From Trichosphaerium sp. ATCC 40318 (Eukaryota; Protista; Tubulinea), in contig JALMLS010000397.1 in the NCBI GenBank assembly GCA_038496445.1, forward strand, positions 310,001-374,000: a DNA stretch of 64,000 bases, in the 5' to 3' direction. A program made the position numbers and the translations under genes. How positions within the stretch are numbered: the stretch's first letter is position 1; each line of letters begins with the position of its first letter. A model generated the notes under the pieces. It did no database searches, was not told where the DNA came from, and saw only the letters and a program-made list of their open reading frames with translations. Positions 1-11,515 of this stretch are shown here, piece by piece.

Positions 1-3000
1 ACGTAAACGACAGTCTTTTGAACATAACGACATGACTTCTTCAGCTTTTGATGAGTCTATAGATGCTATGGAACCACAAATAGATGAAGAGTTTGGTAAT
101 GCTATTTCTAATACGAAAATTACAATCATTTAAAATTAAGCAAGAGCTTACTAACTCAACTGATTTTAGCGTTTCCTCCTCTTGAATTTGGTGATGCAGA
201 TGCTAGTCTGGATTTCCCAGAGGGTGATGTTATGGATTTTGATATCGACAACCAAGTAGCAAGCACACCTGCAAAGATGGTACCCAGCAAAAAAACTTGA
301 TGCCAAACTGACCAATCAATAGAAAAGTCCGCAAAAAACAGATGGTGGTTCGCCTAAGACACCAGAGTCTGATACGTAAGTTTTTACGACATACTATGTG
401 TTCTAAAAACGTACCTAGGAATAAGTCTCTATCTATGCAGTCGCCATTTAAAGTCAACTTTTCACCAACTCCCAAGAAAAAATTTAACCGATTACGTCGT
501 GGAACACAACCTCAAGAACCAAGCACCCCTAGTTCAAGCGAATCTAAAAATTCACAACCTGTGAACATTAATATCACATTCTCACCAACGCCTAAGAAGA
601 AATTAAGCCGTCTTCGTCGTGGATCACAAAATAATACAGTCATTGATGTGACAAGCTCTCAAGAGTCATCTATTGACGACTCAGTATGGTCAAACGCTAA
701 AGGCCGAGGTGGACAAAATTTTATTGATGATGAGTGCAAGTACGTTAATATTAATCTCATTTTATTGAAATCACGTGGGAGCTTAGCTTATTGTTATTTT
801 TAGCGTATCTAAAGGAGGTGATTCAAGTGATGATTTTGAAGGTTGGGGAGAGGCTTCTCAGGCGACTAGAGACTTTGTTGTGGATGACAGCCCTATTAGA
901 TCTAATCATGCTATGTACTATCAGTCATTAAGTTCACAACAACCTGTACGTCCTGCTGGATTTGGCACACCAAAAAGACATGCAAACAGAAATCGTTATA
1001 GAATGGACAAAGTACCCATTCGATCTCCTGGTACGCCCACCCCAACTACAAAATTCTTTATTACTAGCAATAAGGCTAAGTCATCATTTTTTAGTCCCTG
1101 ATACACAAGTACCACCACAAGATGATTCATTACTTGAAGACCTTGTACTTGATGATTTTGCAGATTTTGAGGTATGGGTTTTTTTCATTTGCCTGGGTTT
1201 TCTTTTCTAACATCGCATAGCTCGCACATGAAACACAAGGGCGAATAGCAAATAGTCAATCTCAAAAAGGGTCTCCTCTAAAGTCACCTTCGCCAAAGCC
1301 TCGGTTTAGTCCAAGGAAGTTCATTGCCCCAAAAGTAGCAACACAAAGACCTAAAAAATCACCTATTAAAAAACAAGCCATACCAAAAACACCCAAACAA
1401 TCAACGCCAACCAAAAAAGCATTGTTTGATACTGTAAATTTACCAAAACCTGGTATTGGGAGTCAATCACAAGGCACTAAGAGTAAGCCACAAGACAATA
1501 TTCAACAGAATACAAATGGTGAAGATCCATACGTGCGTATACTGCTGCTCTTCCTAATGTACTTATTTACATTCTGTAGGCTTGGATACTTGCTAAGTTT
1601 AAGCCTTGTCCTATTATGGGTCATGCGAATAGACCTGCTCCTCCTTTGAGAGGTACGTTTGTTTATTGTTCTTTCTTTTTTCTGACTTTTTTTGTTCAGG
1701 CAAAAAACCATTACCTGATGGATCTCCTACTAGTTTAGAAGGGCAATCTATACTTGTTACTGGTGTATTAGATTCTTTAGATAGAAAGGAGTGCGAAAAG
1801 CTAATAATAAAACATGGAGGAAAGGTTTCTAGGTCAGTTTGTAAAAAAACAACCTGTGTTGTCTTTGGTAATTTCTACGGTCGTTCCAAGCTTGAAAAGG
1901 TCAAGACTGGGTATGTCAAGTATTTATGTTTATACCATTGCGTCATCTAATGTTCTTTGTTAGAGGTATCAAAGCTGTTGATGAAGACATGCTGTTTGCT
2001 ATGATTTCTGGTCAGCAACTAAACAAAAGCCCACAACAAGCTTCCGAGAATAGTTTTGCAAATGATGATGTTCAAGCAACACAGCTTTCTCACCAACACA
2101 CACCTACACTAAAAACGTGAGTTTATTTTAGACTTTCCTTGGTTTCATTAGTAACTTACGCACCTGTATAGACCTACAAAAGTAACACCACCTGCATCAG
2201 ATGTAGCAAGTCCTGTACTATTTGCATCGCCTGATAATTTCTCTTTGCAACCAGCAAACAAAGATCAGGATGCAACACCTAAGGACTCAATGTTTGAACA
2301 GTCTACCCCACCATCAGAGGTATGTAATCAAACCAAAAAGAATCTAGAATCGATACTAAGATTGTTTTAGCGTGACCTTATTGGTCAATCTGCTCCTATT
2401 GATGATAGTAATGTATTCTCCTTGGTTTTTGATGAAGATGAACAAGGAACAGGCGCAATGGATGCGGATGGTACTGATATATTTGGTCCACCTACATCTG
2501 TGCAACCAAGTACAAACGCTATTACTGAAAGTGAAGCAGCACATCCACCAAAAAAATCAGCTGTTCCAAAACCTATGGAATTGGTACAAAAAGAAGTTTG
2601 TAACAGTTTCTCACCTCTTTTCTCTACAGATTGGTTCTCCTTCCTTCAAAGGCAAGGTCGCTTTGTTTACAGGCGAGTCTGGTACATCTGTATCTACCAT
2701 GCTACGTCGTGAATTAAACGTAGCATTCTTGTACAACAAAAACATTGGAACAGGTTCGTTGTTTGTTGAAGCAATGTTTGTTTCTTTCTACTAATATCTT
2801 TTTAAGGTGTATACATACTTGGTCCTTCTGGTGCTGCTGTATTACACATGACAAGAAAGCGTGCTTTAGATATGTTCTATTCTAAGAAACGCAATAATAA
2901 CAACCCGAACCCGCTCTTGGAGAGATTGATAAAACTTGGAGAAAAGTATTCAATTGTTTACTTTATTGTTCAAGATAACGAAAACGACACTGGCCTGTAC

Positions 3001-3480
3001 GTTAACATTTGCTTGCGCTTTTTTATTTTTCTATATGTTTGTGGCACGTGGTTTGACACGTGTTGTTAGGGTATTCACAAACAGCACTAAAACAAGTGGT
3101 ATGTTTTTCGAGTTGGCTTTAAAGAGAGATTGGCCAAACCTTCAACTCTTGACAACATCATCTACAAGAGATTCTGCTGAGATGATATTAAAGCTGGCCA
3201 AGCGTGAGATTGGAAGTAGTGGTAGTCTAGATGTTTCTCTTGAATTTATAGAGCGTAATCAAGACGTATGCGAGGTGTTTTGTTGATTGTGAAGCTGATT
3301 TTTTTGTAGGCAATCAATGTGCTGATTGAGATTAATTGGATTAACATTTTTCATGCTATCAGGCTTTTGGAAAAGTTTGGTAACCTTGCTGGTATATGTC
3401 AAGCTACAGCTTCAGATCTTTCACTTGTTATTGGAGACATTGCTAGTTTAGTTCATAATATGCTACATCAAACGTTTTAA
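1..3480 (+). CDS. FANCM: FANCM-like DNA translocase, 3' portion (5' end outside window): disordered middle region, RFC1-type BRCT, C-terminal ERCC4-like pseudo-nuclease and HhH2
   Basis: Multi-exon model. FIDDECK..DFVVDDSPIRSNHAMYYQSLSS resembles the FANCM acidic FLDDEA..MRAIYMKSL motif. The C-terminus SGTSVSTMLRRELNV..GVYILG..LLERLIKLGEKYSIVYFIVQDNENDTG..LQLLTTSSTRDSAEMILKLAKRE..LLEKFGNLAGICQAT follows the FANCM ERCC4-like and HhH2 domains. Stop TAA at 3478-3480. Confidence 0.75.
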
Positions 3481-3905
3481 TGGACATGGACGTCACAAAA
3501 CAAACCCAACATAGTATTTTTAAAACTCCCCTTGTATAAAGCAAATTTTTTTTTACACTTTTTGGTGAATCAGATAAAGTATTGTACATAAACAAACTCC
3601 TACTTTGAGGTTGCAACAAACCCTGCCTATGTTTTTTTTTCTCGCTTTCACTCCTAGAGGCACGTACATAGGCTGACGCAATAATAGTAACAAGGTAGCT
3701 AAATTGTTCCAAGTTGAAACGTAAATAACCTGTCTAAATGCACAACAATATTGTTTTGCCATACCATCCCTTTTAACTACTCACTTACGCAATTACCCAG
3801 GGGTATCACATTGGAAAGGCCAGCGAATGGAACGGTATAGGCAATAAAACTCAATCAGAGCAAAGTCAACCTACTTCTCAGTAGAATATCAAGAACCAAG
3901 AACTG

Positions 3906-6709
3906 ATGAAGTACGTTAACGCTCTCTAGCGCAATAAATGTAGTTTTGCGCCTAAAATTGATGCACTTTGTAGCGTTAACGCGGTTTTAACCGTTTTTCT
4001 GTTCGCACTCTGTGTTACAGCGTCTACGATACCAAATTACCACGCCTGCACAGACGCAGTGTCAAAAGGACTGCCGTATTGTGATACATCTCTTACACAC
4101 GATGAACGGCTCTCTTATTTCACCAAGACGTTAACCTTGGCTGAAAAGATTACATTATTAACTTCTGAACCTGATATCAACTCTTGCCCCGTGAAAGCCG
4201 CTGGTATAGAAAGAATACACCTACCACAATACATGTGGCTTACAGAAACAAACACAGGAACGTTTTATCTCTCATCACGTGCTGTGTACCACAAAATAAG
4301 GTTGAAGCGTTTTTGTATTAATTTTGTTTTTAGGTGTCGCATCTGCTTGCTTATCACCTACTCAATGCGCTACAACTTTCATAGGACCAATGGGTTTAGG
4401 TAGGTCTATTTTAGTTAGATTTTTCTGTGACTGTCACTTCTAGGCGCTTCTTTCAATAGGAGTTCTTGGTACGCTAAAGGAGATGTCATCAGCACAGGTA
4501 AACCATTTACATCGACTTTTCCAAACCAGTCTTTTTTGGCTTGTGTGCGACTTTTATTGTGACCCCTTTTGTTTAGAGATGCGTGCTTTCAATAACCATG
4601 GTGGTGTTCGTGCTATCGATGGAAAAGGAGGCCCTTGGCCTATTGGAATCGACGGATTCGGTCCAAATATAAATATAGCACGTGATCCAAGATTTGGAAG
4701 AACTTCTGAGTTGCCTTCAGAAGATCCTTTCCTTACAGGTAGTTATGCTACAGAATACGTTACTGGTATACAACAAGTAGATTCAAAAGGTACGCAATAA
4801 ATAAAAGCACATGACTACGTCAGTAGTAGCAGCAACTCGAGGTTATTTCTAACCAACAAAAAAAATTAGGTTACATCAAGATGTTGGCTTACTTGAAGCA
4901 CTTTACAGCTTATTCTGTTGAAACGAATCGAGGACACGATAATCATAACATATCTATGTATGACTTTTGGGATACTTACCTACCTGCCTATGAAATGGCC
5001 ATGACAAAGGCTCATGCTAGTGGTGTTATGTGTAGTTATAACGGAGAAAATGGTCATCCTAGTTGCGCAAATGATTACTTATTAAATCAGGTATTGAGGA
5101 AAAAATGGAACAGCCCTAATGCTCTCGTAATGACTGATTGTGGTGTAATATCTAACCTCCTCGGACCTCCTGCGAATGCACCTTCAGATATGGCAGCTGT
5201 GGCATGGGCTATTAATAACGGAACAGATATTGAAGCCGGTAACACTTACTTTCGATCAAGCCTTCAAAACGCAATTGAAGCAGGTTTGACTACAGAAAAA
5301 GCTGTTGACACTTCGATTACACGTGCCATGAGACAACTCATGAACGCTGGTAGATTTGACCCTGTTGAAAGTGTGTCCTGGACAAATATTCCAGCAGATG
5401 CTATTGGATCAGCAGCTCATAAACAAGTCAACTACGAAGCAGCTCTTCAATCGTTTGTTTTATTGAAAAATGAAAAAAATATTATTCCGTTCAAATCATC
5501 AACTCCAAACATCGCTGTTGTGGGTCCTCAAGGTGTTGCTCAGTATGGATTACTATCTGATTACTTTGGAGATAGAGTGTGTTATTCTCCACCAGGATCT
5601 CCGGCCACGTATGAGTGTATTCAAACAATCGGCGAAGCAATCACAAAAGCAAACACATTTGGTAAAACATCAGTGGCAAAAGGTGTTGATGTGAACTCAA
5701 ACGACACTTCCGGAATCATTGCTGCAATTGATGCTGCTATGGATTCTGATGTTATTATTTTGGTTCTAGGTATTGATAGAACAATTGAACATGAAGGTAT
5801 CGATAGAAAGACAATAACATTGCCGGGATTGCAAGAAGATTTCGCGAACAAGATATTTGGACTAGGAAAGCCTACTGTTCTCGTTCTTGTGAATGGCGGT
5901 GTTCTTGGTATTGATGACTTGATATCTAAAGCAGATGTTATAATAGAAGCCTTTAATCCTGCTCTAGAAGGTGCAAGAGCTCTAGCAGATACTCTATTCG
6001 GTAAGACTTCAATTCGAAAAAAAAAACTTGGAAAGACAAAAATTGATCATGAGTGTTTTATTTTCCCTTTTTTGATGTTTTACCTTGTGATTCTCTAGTA
6101 CAATATTATTTGTACATACTCATACAACTTTTATTGCGAAGAAAATTCCTTGATGGATTTTATGATTAAATCAAAAAAAAATTGCTGATGTATTTGGTTT
6201 TAGGTCATCAAAACCGTTGGGGAAAATTACCTGTTACTATGTATCCTGCAGATTATATTAATCAAGTTAACCTTTTCGACTTTGATATGAGTAAACCTCC
6301 TGGTAGGACTTATAGATACTATACAGGTCAACCTCTATTCCCATTCGGGTTCGGATTAAGTATGACAACATTCAACTTTACAGTACAACAAACGGAAAGA
6401 CTTGTATTTTCTTGTACTGTAAACAATATCGGATCTATGGATGGTGATGAAGTTATTATGGTCTATCACGTTGCTGGTCCTAGTATTCGAGTTAGAGCAA
6501 AGCATCCAGTACCTCTACGGGCTTTGGTTGGTTTTGATAGGGTGTCGGTTAAAAAGGGATCAAGTGGGAATGTTAAATTCTCTTTTGAAGAAGATGTTAT
6601 CTCACTTGTTAATGCTAAAGGTGATAAGATGTTATATGAAGGTGACCACTTTCTTGTTTTCTCAAGAGGATATGGAGAAGAGATTGTTGTACCCGTACAT
6701 TACCCTTAA
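3906..6709 (+). CDS. Secreted GH3 beta-xylosidase/beta-glucosidase (signal peptide, GH3_N, GH3_C, Fn3-like)
   Basis: Spliced start ATGAA|CGTTAAC gives MNVNAVLTVFLFALCVTAS. Motifs GPNINIARDPRFGRTSELPSEDP, LKHFTAY, VMCSYN, VMTDCG (nucleophile Asp), EHEGIDR, GKLPVT, GRTYRYY, PFGFGLS. Confidence 0.93.
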
Positions 6710-6985
6710 AATAAGCACTGTATATCGAGTGTAAACCGAAAGAATAAAATGCAAAAAAAAAACTGCCTACAGACAAGTCAATGAACTGAGCGTTAACAGG
6801 ACCATACCTTCAGCAAGGAATCAAACAAGTCAAAAATGATAAAAAAACGGCTGGAATCAGACTTGACCCACGTGATTGTTCACGTGCAACAAAAGTTAAA
6901 ATGAAGACAGAAAATACTCGAAAAATAAGTAAAGGGGTGACATATTTGAACGTGCTAAATACATTGGTTTTTTTTATCTACTTTG

Positions 6986-7615
6986 TCATTGAACAAATTT
7001 TACAATTTTTGATTGTGCTGCTGAGCAGTGAGGAGAATTAACGACAACACAAAGTTCCCGTGTTTTGCCTTCTGAACGCTTAGAGTCTGGGTTTTTACCA
7101 ATATCATCAATATAAGTACTTTCAAGACTTATAGATAGTCTTTTCTTCTTTGGTGAAGCTTCTTCAGGTACTGTTTTTATCGTATGCTTCTTATACTCCT
7201 TTGATATACTTGATTTACGCTGCCTGGATGACCCTGCTATAGATTTACTCCTTTCTCGTCTTTTCTTTGCTGATAGTTTCTTTGAAGGCTCGCTAGCCCG
7301 CCTTTTGCTACGAGATGATGATGACGAAGACGCTAGCGAAGGAGACGTTGAAGCTGTGGACGATACTAAATCTCGTCTTGCCTTAGTATTAGCTGCAAAG
7401 AGATAGTTGTTTCTTCGCAACAATTTGTTATCCTCTCTGAGTGCCTTTACTGTCTTTTCAAGCTCACGGATACGTAAGTACATAACCAACTTTTGATGCT
7501 GTAATTCTTCTAGTTGAACTGCTTGACCACACGCTAGTGCTTTATAGTCATGTAGCTCTGTTGTACTGTTCTTAAGTAATTGCTCTAGCATCTTGTTATT
7601 CCTGACAAGTTCCAT
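6986..7615 (-). CDS. Coiled-coil protein with Ser/Lys/Arg-rich tail, function unknown (may extend further 5')
   Basis: 209-aa ORF with a heptad-rich N-half (LRIRELEKTVKALREDNKLLR) and basic clusters (KKRR, PKKKR). Confidence 0.65.
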   Translation of the reverse strand: MELVRNNKMLEQLLKNSTTELHDYKALACGQAVQLEELQHQKLVMYLRIRELEKTVKALREDNKLLRRNNYLFAANTKARRDLVSSTASTSPSLASSSSSSRSKRRASEPSKKLSAKKRRERSKSIAGSSRQRKSSISKEYKKHTIKTVPEEASPKKKRLSISLESTYIDDIGKNPDSKRSEGKTRELCVVVNSPHCSAAQSKIVKFVQ

Positions 7616-8046
7616 GACTTGATTGGGTTGCGTAGCACCCTGTTTGTTTTGATTCTATTGAGTTGCAACTATGCTGCAACCTTTTGCACGGATTTACTAC
7701 AACATCGTTAATCAACGTTATGAATGAAACGCTGAGAAGAAGGGAAAACAAGAAACAAACAAGCATAGGCAAGATTTTGAAGTTAATTATAAAACAACGG
7801 TTATTAGTTCCCATTCGCGTAGGCACATGTTTGACGTATGATATATAGCGTATAAAGCGATTTTTAGAGTAAAGCAACGCAACAATAACTTTAGCGTGTA
7901 GTACCTATTATCGCGTGTTTAAAGTTATCTCGCTCGTTTGTTTAGGTGCGCAAATGGATTGTTTTGGCAAGCAATAAAGTAATTGACTTTTTTTAGCTGT
8001 TTTTTTTAAATTGCCTTACAAATCAACGTGTGAAACGCGTGGCGCC

Positions 8047-9910
8047 ATGAGCAACATTTCTGAAATAAAGAAAGGTAATTTACACTATTTTCTACACTTT
8101 ACATTACGTTAACCGTCTGTCGAGCTTAGATATTGAACGTGTATCTGTAGCGCTCCCCACAGGACTACAGGATACATTAAATGTCACCAGTCCTGAAACA
8201 GGGCGTGTCATAAAGAGTTTGCTGGCGAACCCTGATGAGCTCGAAAAAGTAACCGCAGGCTCTACTGTTGCCCAAACTATACAACCTGGACAAAATTGGG
8301 ACAAAGTAAACGTTCAACTTTTAGACAGCTCTCAATCAGCACCTAGTACGTAGAAATTGCAATCAATGGCTTACCGAATAGTAGTTGTAAGTAGCACAGC
8401 GTACAGTAAGGAAAATCCGATGGCTGGTATTCCTCTTGGTATGCAACCAGCCAAATCGATTGCCGTGTCTGTAACAGACCCCGACTCAATCCCTATTGCA
8501 ACAAACACGGCGTTTCCGGCGCAAGCAGGCGGTAAAGGTATTCAAAACGGTTTCGCGATAAAAGACGATCCTATGGACTACTTGGATAATATTAAAACGG
8601 TGAAACCAACAACTGGAGTCGTTAAAGCCGTAAAGATAAAAACTGAACCAAAGAGACCAAGAGTACAGCTCAAAGTCGTCAAACGTAACGGTATCAACTG
8701 GGGAAGGATTAAAAAATCAACTGTAGCAGCGAAGGTAGAAGCCATGTGCAAAGGTCTTCCTCCACGTTCTATCTCTCAGTATATCAACCCAACGTCTTTG
8801 CGCGTATCGCAAAACATGAAAATTTTGAACTACAAGTATGGTGCCGCCAGACGCTATCATGTAAGCTATCCTAACATCAGCATTACAGCAGTATTTGACG
8901 AGGTAAGAGTCGTTAAAAAGCTTTTAGAACAAAACGAATTTACAAACGAATTTACAGCCAATAATTTTTTCTCACGCGTTTAAAGACCAACCACAACCGT
9001 TGGTTCGGTATTATAACGCTCTAAGAACGAAACTACAAAAAACATTTCTATCAAGATTACCATTTCTCCGAGTTCGTTACTCCTCGTTCTTTATGTAGCT
9101 ATATATGTATGCTAATAATTCTATTAGGGAAATAGGAACCCTCAACGAATATACCAAAGGTGGACAAAGGCCGTAGAGCAACCTCAACAAACGATTCAAG
9201 CTGATCGTGTTCGAAGCATAGAAGCTCTACGAGCTTCTACCCCTGGTATGCAGACACGAGGACCTACAATATCAGGAGCGCCTCCAAATACTCGAGGTGG
9301 TATGCCAAGTCCAACGCCTGGTATGGCGCCTACATCAGGAATGCCAATGAGACATGGTAAGCCCCTTTTGTTTTGAAACTCTCGTTGCTTTTTTAGCTGT
9401 ACAAAAAAAAATTAAAACTTTTATTAGGAGTTACAGGAGCACGTGGTGCTATGGTGCCAGGCCACGCTGGCGTAAGCCCTCAAGGTATAATAGTGCTTTT
9501 GTTCCTTTTGAGCTTACTTTTTGCTAGGTATACCTGGAGGACCAGGACGGGGACAACCAGGACCACCAATTCGGTACGACACTAAATATTTGGATTACAA
9601 GGAAAACAGAAAGCACCCCTTTTCTTACAAATTTTACTCTTAGTGGCTTACCTGGTTCCAGGATTAATGCATCTATCCAAAACGGTCATAGAAGATTTGC
9701 TGCTGGAGGTGCGCAACCAATGGCAGGTGCAATGCAAAGAAACATGGGCGTTAGAGGTACACCGCTTAGAGTTTAATTCGTTTAATACTGACATTGTCAA
9801 ACTTATTAGTGCGGGGTGTTCCAGCGCCACAATATGCTACTAGAGGTTCTGGTATGCCAACAAGGTTAGTTCATGGTACACACCAGATGGGTACAAGACC
9901 TACAAGATAA
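8047..9910 (+). CDS. Hypothetical multi-exon protein with Gly/Pro/Met/Arg-rich low-complexity C-terminus
   Basis: A GT-AG model stays open from MSNISEIKK through PIIFSHAFKDQPQPLVRYYNALR to a PGMQTRG/GGMPSPTPGM/GRGQPGPP tail. Stop TAA at 9910. Confidence 0.65.
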
Positions 9911-10039
9911 GATAAATCTTATCTTGAGTTGATAGTAGATTATTAAAAAAACCCTAAATTGTACCATAAACTTCAAATACAAAAAAAAAAAAACAAACAC
10001 AATCAAACTGTAAATAAAAAACTGTTTAAATTTATTTGC

Positions 10040-11270
10040 ATTAACTATTTGATGGCCAATTGATCAATTGTGATAAGCCTAGAAGAATTGAAAAACAAAA
10101 GCTTCATATTCTTCGTTGCACATTGCAACTTTTGTCATTGGTAGTTGCTTTTAAGCAGACATGCTGATTAAACATCTGTGATTGCAATCACATATGACAA
10201 ATCCATTTACAAAGTAGGTACTTTTCCAAGCGATAACCCAAGTGGCTCTGGTTGAATGAAGGGTAATGTACGGTTATTCTTTCCTGGATACTAAAAGCAC
10301 AAAAAGGAAGGTATTGGTGATTGCGTCAAGTGATTTGTAAGTCACACCTTAGAGGTGTGAGGGGGATGTTAGGAAGTCAATATGTTACAAGTTTTTAACA
10401 TATTGGTTCCGATGTTACGATGTATGGCATTACAGTGATTCTTCTCCTATTATTCTCTTTATTTTCTTAGACATTAAGTTAAATTCCGTTGTTTGAGTAT
10501 TCGATGAATCACTGTAACTTACAACGTGCTTAGCAATCACCAAACTTTTGCTTGGGATCTCTAACACATAGTGCACCATTATATTTACCATTCCAATAGT
10601 AAGAAGTCGTTGAAGAGTTTTTATAGATTGAGCTTTTCAACTGAAAAAAATTATGGGTTTGAAATCAGTTAAAACTGTTTATTCTCGCCAGTTTAGAAAA
10701 TTCATTTATTTCACCCACAGCCAATTGCATGCTACTGTGTTAAAACACAAGTACGGATAATAGTTGCCTTCTGTGTTCAATGAAATTTCGTATCTCAAAG
10801 AAAAATCTTATCTAAAATAGTCGTGGTACTGGCTTGTTCGTAGACCGCTGTAAACATAAACAAAGTTACCATACTAGATAAATTTGTTTTTCGCCGTTCG
10901 TGGGAAGGTTTCATCTGTGAATATGTTTGTAACGCTTGCATAAAGGTTAAAGGCACAAGGTGGGAGAAGACCTTAAGAAAGGGAAAAACATGTTTGCACT
11001 TAAAAGACACAGGAAAATCAACATTGTTGCTGGTATTAATATCAGTTAATGATCAAACTGGCTGGTGTTTGAGGGGTCAGGCAAAATCACAGTATTCGCC
11101 AGTAATTCAGCTTGAAAACTACTCATGCAACATGCATGTACTCAATGCTTGACAAAGCCATATTATGCCAACAGTTGAGCTCCTTCGAGTAACCTAATAT
11201 TTGCCACTTCACGTGCACTGTCAAACACAATATATCGTACAGCAACAGCTATTCCTAATGCAATTGAACG
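10040..11270 (-). pseudogene. Possible decayed intron-containing gene
   Basis: Minus strand has intron-like signals (GTAAGT donor, pyrimidine-AG acceptors) and coding-like fragments (SSTTSYYWNGKYNGALCVRDP, IQERITVHYPSFNQSHLGYRLEKY), but every frame I tried is interrupted by stops. Confidence 0.25.
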
Positions 11271-11515
11271 CTTTAAAATACCAGATAGGTTAATAGTGTA
11301 CAAGGTTCAAAGAAAAGGTTGTCACGTGTTTATGAGAAAAATAACAAAACGCTTTGTCAGTTAAAATGTGAGAACAAGTTAAAACCATTTGGCCACGAAA
11401 GGTTGTCCGAGTCGAAAATGCTCGCTTAACTAGTTTAGTCCGTTATTCGCCATTATTCTACACTACCGTTTAACTGTTAACTGCTCCTTGAAGTTTAGTT
11501 ATCTGATAATACAAA

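Noticed and set aside
8960-9075. Apparent in-frame TAA suggesting stop-codon reassignment
   Set aside because: An upstream acceptor (TTTACAG|CCAATA) gives an open frame. Other genes end normally in TAA, TAG and TGA.
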